From an uncultured Nitrospirales bacterium (GTDB taxonomy: Bacteria; UBA10199; JADGCS01): DNA of 64,000 nt. Positions within the stretch are counted from its first letter, which is position 1; the number at the start of each line of letters is the position of its first letter. The notes beneath the pieces are model-generated. The model worked only from the letters and a program-made list of their open reading frames with translations. It was not told where the DNA came from and ran no database searches. This document shows, in pieces, positions 47,160 through 56,667 of the stretch. The stretch covers positions 7,341 to 71,340 of the forward strand of contig CAZGMS010000072.1 of the NCBI GenBank assembly GCA_964526915.1, in the 5' to 3' direction. A program made the position numbers and the translations under genes.

Positions 47160-49046
47160 TTACTCGCTAACAGACCAGACCTTTTTCCACAAATAAAGAG
47201 AATACAAACGGCTTACCAAAGACCAATCCTTGATCTTGTTTTGCGTATATTTTTGATAATATGCATATATTTTTTTATGATTCAAAAAAGAAAACAAGCC
47301 ATTCAGATGAATATCATTAAACACACTATCAAAATTCTCTTTCAAACCCGTTTTTTGCCACAGAATTTCTGGCAATTCAAAACCAGTTTTATCGCTTCTA
47401 TTTAGAATACTCTCAGGCACCTTGCCTTGTGCTATGGTTCTCAATATTTTTTTGGAAACACCTTCATGAATTTTTTTGTCATCACCAAGGGAAAATGCTT
47501 TCTCCACCAGACGATAGTCCAAAAAAGGCAGGCGACTTTCCAAGGAAAATCGCATGGAGTTGCGATCTTCGTATCTCAAGTATTCTCTCAAGGCTGACAC
47601 CACAAGGTTGTTCCATTGCTGATTCTTTAATCTGCTGGTATATTTTTTTTGCGTCTTGACACTCTCATAATTCGTAACAAAAATATCATGCTTGTTTTTT
47701 GGTCTATAAATATCTGACAAAATCTTCGTGAAGACATTCGCACAAGTACGCAGGCAAGATAGATTTCTTGTCGTGCAGTAGGCACGCAGTTCTCTCACAA
47801 AACTCCCAAACTTTAACCTCAAAAGCAAGTCTGACAAGTAGGTATAATGATATTCCGTATAGCCCGTAAAAATTTCATCAGCACCCTGTCCATTCAACAA
47901 GACTTTTACATGACTGTTCTTTTTAATGTATTCATAAATCAGATATTGGGAATAAACAGCCAGGCCTCTCCACGGCTCTTCATGCACATACACCAGTTCA
48001 TTTAATTTTTCGATCAAACCTTCCGTTTGTGGATAAACAAAATGTTTTTCCAATTTGATGTTTCTTGTTTGAAACTCATCAATGTATTTTTTTTCACTAA
48101 AAGCCTCGTCGTCAAACACAACTGAAAATGTTTTAAATGCTCCAACATATTGTTCTGCATCAATCAGTCCCAAAATGGTGCTGGAATCAATGCCACCACT
48201 CAATAGTGAACCCACTTCCACATCTGACCGCAAACGCAATCGAATAGAATCTTTGAGAATGTTTTCTATTTCTAGTTGGGTGGCTTGAGGATGATCATGC
48301 ATTTTCCAATAGCTGTAAGTTGTTAATCCTGCTCTTGAAAACTCACAATATGTGCCTGGCTCAATTTGCAAAACATCCCTAAACATCGTCTGCTGAGTGT
48401 GATCCGAATAGCTGTACCTCAAATACTGACACACCATCTCACGATTGACATATAGTTTATCGAAAAACGACGATATAAACTTGATTTCACTTCCAAAGAT
48501 CAGATTATCATCAACAAAGGAATAATAAAGCGGCTTTATTCCAAATCTATCACGCGTAAGTGTGAGTTGATCTTTTTGGCTATCGTAAATAGCGGCCGCC
48601 CACATCCCGTTGAACCTGCAAAAAGCCTCCGTACCCCAACAATGAAAGGCCTTCAGGAACACCTCTGAATCAGCACTGGTGGTGAAACAATAACCTTGGG
48701 ATTTAAGCACTTCCCTGATTTCAATGTAGTTATATATCTCTCCATTATACACAAGACACAACCCTTCATAGCGATAAGGTTGGTGCCCCAAAGGAGTCAG
48801 ATCAATGATACTCAGCCTCCTGTGTCCCATAATGAGTCCGGACTTGTCTTTGTTAACAATGTGTTCATAACCAGCAAGTTCTTTGACGGTATCATCCCCT
48901 CTTAAGGCCTCAATAGTCTTATCATAGTTTTGATAAACAAATCCTTCATCATCAGGTCCCCTGTGTTTTAGTTTTAGGTGTGCCTGATAGAACCGTTTGG
49001 GATCAACTGTATTTTGATATGAAAAAAAACCAGATACGCCACACAT
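47160..49046 (-). CDS. Asparagine synthase (glutamine-hydrolysing)-family amidotransferase (AsnB/WbpS-like)
   Basis: 628 aa. N-terminal nucleophile MCGVSGFF and PP-loop LLSGGIDSS. Confidence 0.9.
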   Translation of the reverse strand: MCGVSGFFSYQNTVDPKRFYQAHLKLKHRGPDDEGFVYQNYDKTIEALRGDDTVKELAGYEHIVNKDKSGLIMGHRRLSIIDLTPLGHQPYRYEGLCLVYNGEIYNYIEIREVLKSQGYCFTTSADSEVFLKAFHCWGTEAFCRFNGMWAAAIYDSQKDQLTLTRDRFGIKPLYYSFVDDNLIFGSEIKFISSFFDKLYVNREMVCQYLRYSYSDHTQQTMFRDVLQIEPGTYCEFSRAGLTTYSYWKMHDHPQATQLEIENILKDSIRLRLRSDVEVGSLLSGGIDSSTILGLIDAEQYVGAFKTFSVVFDDEAFSEKKYIDEFQTRNIKLEKHFVYPQTEGLIEKLNELVYVHEEPWRGLAVYSQYLIYEYIKKNSHVKVLLNGQGADEIFTGYTEYHYTYLSDLLLRLKFGSFVRELRAYCTTRNLSCLRTCANVFTKILSDIYRPKNKHDIFVTNYESVKTQKKYTSRLKNQQWNNLVVSALREYLRYEDRNSMRFSLESRLPFLDYRLVEKAFSLGDDKKIHEGVSKKILRTIAQGKVPESILNRSDKTGFELPEILWQKTGLKENFDSVFNDIHLNGLFSFLNHKKIYAYYQKYTQNKIKDWSLVSRLYSLYLWKKVWSVSE

Positions 49047-49114
49047 AAATATTAACCGTCATTCCTTACCATAATGCATGTCATCGAAGAATTACTGTGC
49101 CGTTGTTACGCATC

Positions 49115-50425
49115 TTAGGCACAAAACAGACCCAGATTCACCATAAATATCAATAAGTACACAGAAAATACTGTCACTCTGTACCTACAACTCATATATT
49201 GTGCTGCTACGGATTGCATGATTAACGAATAAATAAAAAGTCCTGCGAAGCTTGCAAAGGCGGATCCAACAACACCATAGGGGAGTATCAAATACCAATT
49301 TAATAAAGCATTAACCCCAAAGGAAACAAAAGCTATCACAGGATAAATCCAAACTCTCTTATGATAACCCAATACAAGAGCAGGAATTTTATAAAAACCG
49401 CCCATCATAAATCCAGCCATAACAAATGGCATCACTGTTGCAGATTCAGAATATTTTTCATTTGAAATAAGTGCGACCAAAACAGGACTTAAAAATGAAA
49501 CAATAATTGTTATGACAATGAGCCCTGCATAATACAAGTAAGAAAATTTTTCTAATTCTGCCTTGGCTTTTACATAATCACTGATCATGTCATTAAATAC
49601 TTTTGGCAACATGGCCTGCGATACTGACTCATACACAATGGATAGACCTCTGCCGAGCATATATCCCAATGTGTAAATACCAACCGCTGTATTGCCGATG
49701 TAATGTTTCAGAAAAATTCTATCAAGGTACAGGAATGCAATGCCCTGTGTCATAGAAATCATCCCAGGCAACGACAACAAAAAAGTTTCCTTTGCCATCA
49801 ACCTGTTAAAAACCAATCTTATTTTAAATAAATTATTTTTTGCAAACTCTTTTAACAAAGAATAAATATTTACACCGTAACCAATGCCCTGCCCGCTTAT
49901 TCTGCCAAGGATACCTAAATTGAATACTGATATTAAAATAAATGATGTCGCATGATTAACAAGCGTTTGAAATATTGAATGCTTAAGAACAGATGTGGAC
50001 TTGTGTTCATTGTATAAAATTCTTGTAAAAAATGAAACATACACTGAGGCAATGCCAGTACCCAATGTCACCATATAAATTGTACGGGTTTTTATGGCTA
50101 TCCAATCAGAGATCAAGGGCATAAAAATCAATCCAATTATCAGTACCAATGCTGCTTGAAATGTGAGAAACCATAAAATCGTACTTAAATATTCATCGCG
50201 ATGCGTTTTTCTATAGTCAAAATAAAATCGGGTAGCACTGCTATCAAGATTCAACGATGCCAAGGTCTTGATGTACTCAAACATAACCAGGTACATCGCC
50301 AACACACCATAGTCGGCTGGTGTGAAAACGAACGTATAATATTTTGTCATGAGCACCGTGGCAACCGCCGCAATGAGTGATCCTGTAAAAAATTTTGGTG
50401 CGTGTTGAAAAACAACTTTGAACAT
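49115..50425 (-). CDS. wzx: Oligosaccharide flippase family protein (Wzx-like, MOP superfamily); flippase no. 2
   Basis: 436 aa and polytopic. N-terminus FTGSLIAAVATVLMTKYYTFVFTPADYGVLAMYL parallels Wzx no. 1. Confidence 0.7.
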   Translation of the reverse strand: MFKVVFQHAPKFFTGSLIAAVATVLMTKYYTFVFTPADYGVLAMYLVMFEYIKTLASLNLDSSATRFYFDYRKTHRDEYLSTILWFLTFQAALVLIIGLIFMPLISDWIAIKTRTIYMVTLGTGIASVYVSFFTRILYNEHKSTSVLKHSIFQTLVNHATSFILISVFNLGILGRISGQGIGYGVNIYSLLKEFAKNNLFKIRLVFNRLMAKETFLLSLPGMISMTQGIAFLYLDRIFLKHYIGNTAVGIYTLGYMLGRGLSIVYESVSQAMLPKVFNDMISDYVKAKAELEKFSYLYYAGLIVITIIVSFLSPVLVALISNEKYSESATVMPFVMAGFMMGGFYKIPALVLGYHKRVWIYPVIAFVSFGVNALLNWYLILPYGVVGSAFASFAGLFIYSLIMQSVAAQYMSCRYRVTVFSVYLLIFMVNLGLFCA

Positions 50426-50595
50426 TATTATTCTGAGATACCTTTATAGAATATCTTCGTGTCTTATTCCATCATAGACATATCCCTGATCGTCAATACT
50501 TAGAAATCCAAAATCCCAACATTCACTTCCTATAAATTTAAGAAATCATTTAAAAACCTTGTCTTTACCCTCTAAAATTTTTCACTAATAACTTT

Positions 50596-51675
50596 TTACT
50601 TGAAAGCCGTCGCTCGCACACCTCCAACACCCCAGGTTCTTATTGAACTAAATGCTGCTTCACTGGCCCATAATTCAATTTGTTGATGATTTGCCCCATT
50701 AACATATTGAGGCGTTATACAATCAAACGTATTGATAATGACATACTTCATCAGCAATTTCTTGTCGTGTGTACTTTCCCATAATTTACCATGGGGGTAA
50801 TCGCCAGCGTAGCCTTCCCTTGCATTAAAAAAGATATTCCTAGGATCAATTGGCTCAGTTGTTTTTCGTATTACTTTTGCCATAAAAGGCATTTTGAATT
50901 TGTAGAAAACCTTTTGTAAGCCATATTTCAAAGGAATAAAAACAGGTACAAACCAATTAATAAGTTTCCAGGATGTCTGTGGATGAATCCTTTGAATAAT
51001 CGGCAGAAACCAAGGTTTATAAACAGCAGCATAGGAGGTAAAAGCAATTTCACCATTCTTTTTGAGAAGTCGATACATTGTTTTCAAGGTATCCACGGGA
51101 CTTGGCGTGTGCTGCAACACCTGAAAAAGCCAAATCTTATCAAAAATTCCATTTTCGAAGATGGGTTTATTGATATCCCCCTGAACCACGTCAATGTTGG
51201 GCATCGTCAAAATATCTTCTGAGAAGGTATCGATTGCATTCGACATGTCTATTGATACCAAATGTGCCCCTGTCTTGATCAAATGCTCTGTACAACACCC
51301 TGTTCCTGGTCCCACTTCAAGAATCAACTGCCCTCGCAAATCTTTTGGCCATTCAAAACCAAAAGGACTATATCCATCTCTACCCTGCCCGTCTTGGCTG
51401 TACTTGCCATGTATAACATCATGGTAAAACGGAATGCCTGTATAACTGTCTAAAACAACTTGGCCTGTTTCCCGCCACAATTTTCCCCAGGAGTCAGAGT
51501 AATTGTAACCATCGATAAGCCTCGGGATATAATTGACAACGCGATACTCTGCCAAGCACAATGAGCAAAAAAGAATCGCAGAATATATTTCATCCTTTTT
51601 TTCGACACGTTCTTTGACGTTAAAATGACTGCCACACTTTGGACAGTGGATAAGATCGAGAACTCTTTCTTTCAT
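50596..51675 (-). CDS. Zinc-ribbon (Trm112-like) fused class I SAM methyltransferase
   Basis: 359 aa. CPKCGSHF...FCSLC four-Cys N-terminus, then ILEVGPGTGCCTEHL motif I. Confidence 0.7.
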   Translation of the reverse strand: MKERVLDLIHCPKCGSHFNVKERVEKKDEIYSAILFCSLCLAEYRVVNYIPRLIDGYNYSDSWGKLWRETGQVVLDSYTGIPFYHDVIHGKYSQDGQGRDGYSPFGFEWPKDLRGQLILEVGPGTGCCTEHLIKTGAHLVSIDMSNAIDTFSEDILTMPNIDVVQGDINKPIFENGIFDKIWLFQVLQHTPSPVDTLKTMYRLLKKNGEIAFTSYAAVYKPWFLPIIQRIHPQTSWKLINWFVPVFIPLKYGLQKVFYKFKMPFMAKVIRKTTEPIDPRNIFFNAREGYAGDYPHGKLWESTHDKKLLMKYVIINTFDCITPQYVNGANHQQIELWASEAAFSSIRTWGVGGVRATAFK

Positions 51676-51914
51676 AAACTCTCCCTACAATATTACATAC
51701 ATTTGTTTCGGTTGACTTATTAAAAAAACACGAGCGTCGACACACAACTATGAAATCACTTCGTCATTCTAAAGAAATTTCGCAAGACCCTCGTTTCTCA
51801 TAATATGAGAATTGTACTGGAATATTTCTGGGTGCTCCATAGAAAACATCATTTTTTGTTAATTTTTTATGAGACAACGTCACCCTGTTTAGAAGTTGTT
51901 TCTGTAACAATTAT

Positions 51915-53186
51915 TTAATGCAATTCATCTCTATAGTATTGGTCCAAAGTTTTTTGATATTCAATATACTGTCGGGTAAAAGCTTCGGGCTGATAATGGT
52001 CCCTCATTTGCGAACAACGCTTATTGTGCGAAAAAAAAGAAAAATGGTAAAAAAATCGGTTCACAAGCCCTCTGAAAAACAAATTCAGTGATACGCCGCA
52101 TTGCACAGATTTTTTTTCATCAAGATGCCGACTTATGTGTTCAGCAATAATTTTTGATGGGCTTTGATTTTGATTTCCAAAACAGGCTGTAATCAGCCTT
52201 TCTCTTTGCTCTCTCTTGGCTTCGAATTCTTTGATTGTTTTTGAAACAAACAACTCATCTAAATAATCCAGCAGTTGTTTGTTTGTTTGTGCAGAAATGG
52301 AAGACTCCCAAATTTCAACATATTCAGGATGATCCTGACATAGATGAATGGTTGTCTTGCCCTCCAACCACGCATCAACAGCCATTGTGGATTCATAAAC
52401 CAAAACAACATCTGCTAAGGCAATCAATTGATAAACGGGCATCTCATCATGAAGAATCAGCACATTATTGTATTGATCAAAATGATGAGAAATCTCCGTC
52501 TTTTCCTCATTTTCAGTAGCCGGATGGTATTTAAGAATCAAAAGTTTGTTGGGATACTGTTTTGCAACGGACTGCAAATAGTGTATGGTGGTTTCTTTTT
52601 GTTTGAGCAGGGCATCTCCCCGTACCCCTTGTTCATGTTGTCGTGCAACAATATCAAATGACCAACCTACATAAAAAATGATTCCATCGTATTGATCTCC
52701 AAGCAATTTACTACGATCAAACAAAACATTTTTAAAAATGTGGTATTTTTCGTGACCAGCACTACCCGAAACGCTCAGGATGTCCTTCAGATAAGGAAAC
52801 CGTTCCAAAGACCAGCGATACGAATCTTCATTCCATAGAAACCATTTGTCCACCGTAGGCTTTCGTTCACGATTATTACCCCAAAGATACAAGTCAGTTA
52901 ACTCTTTGCGAAATACTCCTTCTGCATGCAAGGCCACAGCATAAATACCGCGCTGTTGCGCATATTTTGTTACTTTGTAAATTGCATAGGCACCCGTACA
53001 ACAATTTGTTAGCAATACTTTCGGTTTCAACAAATCAATCGCTGTGTAATCAAAAATACTCCGCACTTCTACATGCAACTTGAATTTTTGACGTAACAAA
53101 TAGATGGTAGGAATCAGGGCTTGTACATCACGCCCGACCATCCCCCAGATCATCACCAACACATCACATTTGTTGATTTTTGCCAT
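51915..53186 (-). CDS. Hypothetical GT-B-like transferase (Capsule_synth/TagF-like C-terminal pattern)
   Basis: 423 aa. LLILKYHPATENE and DVVLVYESTMAVDAWLEGKTTI resemble the acceptor/donor motifs of KpsS/TagF-like GT-B enzymes. Weak, motif-only call. Confidence 0.35.
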   Translation of the reverse strand: MAKINKCDVLVMIWGMVGRDVQALIPTIYLLRQKFKLHVEVRSIFDYTAIDLLKPKVLLTNCCTGAYAIYKVTKYAQQRGIYAVALHAEGVFRKELTDLYLWGNNRERKPTVDKWFLWNEDSYRWSLERFPYLKDILSVSGSAGHEKYHIFKNVLFDRSKLLGDQYDGIIFYVGWSFDIVARQHEQGVRGDALLKQKETTIHYLQSVAKQYPNKLLILKYHPATENEEKTEISHHFDQYNNVLILHDEMPVYQLIALADVVLVYESTMAVDAWLEGKTTIHLCQDHPEYVEIWESSISAQTNKQLLDYLDELFVSKTIKEFEAKREQRERLITACFGNQNQSPSKIIAEHISRHLDEKKSVQCGVSLNLFFRGLVNRFFYHFSFFSHNKRCSQMRDHYQPEAFTRQYIEYQKTLDQYYRDELH

Positions 53187-53204
53187 CCGCTTTATACAAA
53201 ACGA

Positions 53205-54461
53205 TCACTTAGAATAGAAATGAGAAACCTTGAATAAGGCCTCTGCAATATCAGCAATGTCCTTTTCAGAATAGTTTTCGTGAATATTTAAATTGAAATG
53301 CGTATCAGTCACTTGTGTAATGTTATCAAATTTGAATACTGGTTGACGCTCACCATGATAATCTTTACACTGCCAAGGAAAACCACTTTTCCCAAACACA
53401 CTTTGATTTTTGAACCATGGATTTTCGCACGGAACATACCGATAAGTTTCTGTTACCGGCAACCCTTCGGCCTTGAGTGCCAAAGCAAATTCTTTTTTGG
53501 AACCATTTAGATTCTCAATGGGGACTTTCATGCGAAAAAACCAGAAGCTGGGTTCTACATCAACTTCAAATTGTCCAAAACACACAGAACCACAGCCTTG
53601 AAGTCTTTTATTAAGAGAATCTGCAAGCTGGCGTCTTTGCATGATGTGATAACTAAGTTTTTCCAGTTGAACAAACCCAATCGACGCCGGCAATTCACTT
53701 AAATTACAATTCAGACCAGCAACAGCATTGTGAACACCATCAATTTTACCTGTCTGATTAAAGGGTTTACCACGATCTGCAAATCGTTTTACTTTCCAAT
53801 ACAGTTCTTCATCTTTTGTATAGACGACCCCGCCCTGCCCCCCTGTGCAATGAAGCTTTGAAAACATTGTAGAAAATATTGCAATATCACCAAACGTCCC
53901 AACCTTTTGCCCTTGATACAAAGCACCATGAGATTGTGAACAATCTTCAATAACGTATAATCCATGTTTGTTAGCCACAGCCATCACAGGCTCCATATTC
54001 ACTGGTTCACCACCAATGTGTGCAACAATAATAGCCTTTACCCGCGGTGTGATCACACGCTCAATTTCTTCTGCGCACGTATTGTACGAATAAGTTGTGC
54101 TGTCTGCCATGATGGGGACACATCCTGCAAATAACACTGGCATCACTCCACCAGCATCAGTGATGGGTGGAACAATCACTTCGGATAACGCATCAAGTTC
54201 CAACGCTCCCAAAGCAACAAACAACGCATTTGTCCCTGAATTTACCCCATCGGCAAAGCCTCCACCCATCCACTCTGCAAAGGCTTTCTCGTAACGTTGC
54301 TCCCATTTCCCATTATAGCCAAATGCATCGCCCGATGTGATGGCTTCATCCAACACCTTAAGAACGACTTGTTTTTCCTTTTCAGTCATCAGATTCCTTT
54401 TGGGGAACGGCATTTTGCGGACAGGCTCACCACCATGAACAGCTAGTTTCATAATACTCAT
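53205..54461 (-). CDS. DegT/DnrJ/EryC1/StrS-family aminotransferase
   Basis: 418 aa. NSGTNALFVALGAL, VIEDCSQSHGALYQGQKVGTFG and FSKLHCTGGQGG. ATGA overlap with the upstream radical SAM gene. Confidence 0.85.
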   Translation of the reverse strand: MSIMKLAVHGGEPVRKMPFPKRNLMTEKEKQVVLKVLDEAITSGDAFGYNGKWEQRYEKAFAEWMGGGFADGVNSGTNALFVALGALELDALSEVIVPPITDAGGVMPVLFAGCVPIMADSTTYSYNTCAEEIERVITPRVKAIIVAHIGGEPVNMEPVMAVANKHGLYVIEDCSQSHGALYQGQKVGTFGDIAIFSTMFSKLHCTGGQGGVVYTKDEELYWKVKRFADRGKPFNQTGKIDGVHNAVAGLNCNLSELPASIGFVQLEKLSYHIMQRRQLADSLNKRLQGCGSVCFGQFEVDVEPSFWFFRMKVPIENLNGSKKEFALALKAEGLPVTETYRYVPCENPWFKNQSVFGKSGFPWQCKDYHGERQPVFKFDNITQVTDTHFNLNIHENYSEKDIADIAEALFKVSHFYSK

Positions 54462-55393
54462 ATTGATTTCTTTGAGTTGAAGTTATGTAGAACACTTTTT
54501 ATTTTCCAAAAAAATGGTACTTTTGGAAGGTTGCCATACCCAACATAATCACATACCCGACATAAATCGCTACAATTTCGATTTTGTCGAGACAGTTCTC
54601 TTCTCATTTTTTGAAACTTTGTCCCAAACCAGACTTCAAACAATGAAGCCTTGTTAAGATCTCCCATTTCATTCATATTATAAAAGTCATTGATACAAGA
54701 ACAAACCATTCCGCTAGGTTTAATATACATTATCTCATACACTTGATCACAGGGTGCTTGGCAGACCTCTTTATAAAATTGCTTTACATTCCCAGCGCGA
54801 CTCGTCCACGTTTCCTGATAGGTTCTATTGATATGTGTAATTTTCTTTACCAAACTATCATCCAATTGGGATAACATATTCAAGTTTCGCTCACAGGCCT
54901 TGTCATCATATGAATTTAAATATATATGATTCAAACCATCATGAAACAACTGAGAAACTCTGTGTGTTGTTAATAAATCACCATTTGTTGTAATAAATAT
55001 CCAAGCCCTGGGAAGTTTTTTTCGGGCATATTTTAAAAATTCATTAAATCGTTTATCGGTTAATGGCTCATTAATCTCATATAAGCTCAAAATCCCCGAA
55101 TATGAAATTGAAGCCAATTCATTAATAATACGTTTAAATAACTTCTCATTGATATTCTGCTTGACTGGCGACCTTTCCAGCCCATAATGACAAAAAGAAC
55201 ACTTTCGTGTGCACATATAATTGGTCTGAATTTTAATGTGCTTAAAAAGATCTTTGTCGGCTAATCCTTGTTTGCGCCTAAAAGACTGATAGGGATTCCG
55301 AATATTCCTAATATACCAATCTCTCAAAAAGACTTTCGTCCTGATACGTAAAGGAATATTATTTTTCCAATCATCACTCATAATAAGAAACAT
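54458..55393 (-). CDS. Radical SAM enzyme with Cys-rich SPASM/twitch-like C-terminus
   Basis: 311 aa. CX3CX2C in NYMCTRKCSFCHYG. C-terminal Cys cluster CQAPCDQ...VCSCIND...NCSDLCRVCDY. Confidence 0.8.
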   Translation of the reverse strand: MFLIMSDDWKNNIPLRIRTKVFLRDWYIRNIRNPYQSFRRKQGLADKDLFKHIKIQTNYMCTRKCSFCHYGLERSPVKQNINEKLFKRIINELASISYSGILSLYEINEPLTDKRFNEFLKYARKKLPRAWIFITTNGDLLTTHRVSQLFHDGLNHIYLNSYDDKACERNLNMLSQLDDSLVKKITHINRTYQETWTSRAGNVKQFYKEVCQAPCDQVYEIMYIKPSGMVCSCINDFYNMNEMGDLNKASLFEVWFGTKFQKMRRELSRQNRNCSDLCRVCDYVGYGNLPKVPFFWKIKSVLHNFNSKKSI

Positions 55394-55394
55394 T

Positions 55395-56645
55395 CTATCT
55401 CTTGATTACACTCGAAACCCAAAAATCATTGCCAAAATGATAATTATTGTTTTGTAAAAAAGAAACTTTTTGTGGAATATATTCGCTGGCTATCATAATA
55501 TACGGTTTAGAAGGAAACTCACTTCTATCCCGCAGTTGTTCTTGCAAATAACAACTTTTATTTAACAGTGTACATTTTTTTTCGGTCCGCTCACACTCTA
55601 TAAATCCAGAAACCTGAATACCACTTTTAACTAAGCGATCATAGAGAACAGTTGCCATTTTTTCTGTGCCCCATATCAACAAAGGTCTATCGGGATCATA
55701 AAAATCCATTTTAACATCCAAAATATCCATAATTTTCGGATAGGGTCGGTTGTTTATGAGATAGGGAATAGCCTGTTGCATACATTCTTTACAAAACGAC
55801 TGACATTTTTTTGCCTTCTTCATTTCCTCATAAGAGTAATCATAAAGATCACCAAAGGCATAACCCGACATCTCCTTTGTCATCATGCAACAGGTGAGCA
55901 GTCTGCTTTTCTCATCGATAAACAAAACCTCATGATAAGGACATGTGTATGATGGTGGCACTTGTTTTTTGACTTGCTCGGGATAATAGAATATCAGGTC
56001 CTGTGACAACTTTTTCAATTCATCATAGGGCATTTCATTTGCCAGATATGCCTTCAACCTCCTCAAATCGGCTATACCAGCGTATGTAGGAGAAACACAC
56101 AAATTCTGTTCCTTGGCAAAGGCCAGCATATCTGGTATCTCATCAATATTAAATTGATAGACATGATATCTGATTTCTGCTTTTCCACGAAAACCACAAC
56201 GCCGATAATTATCCAGCATCTGAACAATATTATCTTTTATTTTATGAAAACTGAATCCATGTATTCTGTCATAGGAGTTTTGAGAAAAACCTGACATGGA
56301 AAAAACCAAAGCCCTTAAATTTCTTAAAGCCTGTTCATTTTCAAAATACAGTGGGCGTGAGGCATTAGTGCTCACAATGTATTCGTGACCTTCATCATTT
56401 AAAAATGCTGCTATCTCTCCAAATTGTGGATTCAACATTGGTTCACCCCAATTGTACAAGAAAAAGTAGGCATCAGCAGTGATGACATTATTTTTTTTTA
56501 GATAAAAAACAGCTTTTTTAAATTCATCACAAGTAATATACTGCTTTGATGTATTGCTATTATCATGAGATTCAATCCCTGTCGCACACCAGGGGCAGAG
56601 GGCATTACATTTACCTGATATTTCAAAAACAACATGATTATACAT
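55395..56645 (-). CDS. Radical SAM enzyme (possible auxiliary-cluster domain)
   Basis: 416 aa. CX3CX2C in EISGKCNALCPWCATG. Later Cys groups YTCPYHE...LLTCCMM...KKCQSFCKECMQ. Confidence 0.75.
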   Translation of the reverse strand: MYNHVVFEISGKCNALCPWCATGIESHDNSNTSKQYITCDEFKKAVFYLKKNNVITADAYFFLYNWGEPMLNPQFGEIAAFLNDEGHEYIVSTNASRPLYFENEQALRNLRALVFSMSGFSQNSYDRIHGFSFHKIKDNIVQMLDNYRRCGFRGKAEIRYHVYQFNIDEIPDMLAFAKEQNLCVSPTYAGIADLRRLKAYLANEMPYDELKKLSQDLIFYYPEQVKKQVPPSYTCPYHEVLFIDEKSRLLTCCMMTKEMSGYAFGDLYDYSYEEMKKAKKCQSFCKECMQQAIPYLINNRPYPKIMDILDVKMDFYDPDRPLLIWGTEKMATVLYDRLVKSGIQVSGFIECERTEKKCTLLNKSCYLQEQLRDRSEFPSKPYIMIASEYIPQKVSFLQNNNYHFGNDFWVSSVIKR

Positions 56646-56667
56646 GGTAGCTTCCTCCTATGATGAT

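Noticed and set aside
51769-51852. A 27-aa minus-strand mini-ORF (MMFSMEHPEIFQYNSHIMRNEGLAKFL) in the 239-nt gap, considered as a RiPP precursor for the SPASM-like radical SAM enzymes.
   Set aside because: It has no Shine-Dalgarno-like sequence upstream, no Cys/Ser/Thr-rich core and no leader-like pattern. It lies about 1.3 kb or more from the rSAM genes with sugar genes in between. The sugar-tailoring interpretation fits the context better.
56491-56499. Homopolymeric A/T tracts of 8-9 nt inside coding regions (T9 at 56491-56499 in an rSAM gene, T9 at 39505-39513 in the FemAB-like gene, many T8/A8 elsewhere), considered as slipped-strand phase-variation switches.
   Set aside because: The tracts are numerous and scattered, are A/T rather than G/C, and encode Lys/Phe runs as expected in AT-rich genes. 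Without population data there is no support for phase variation.
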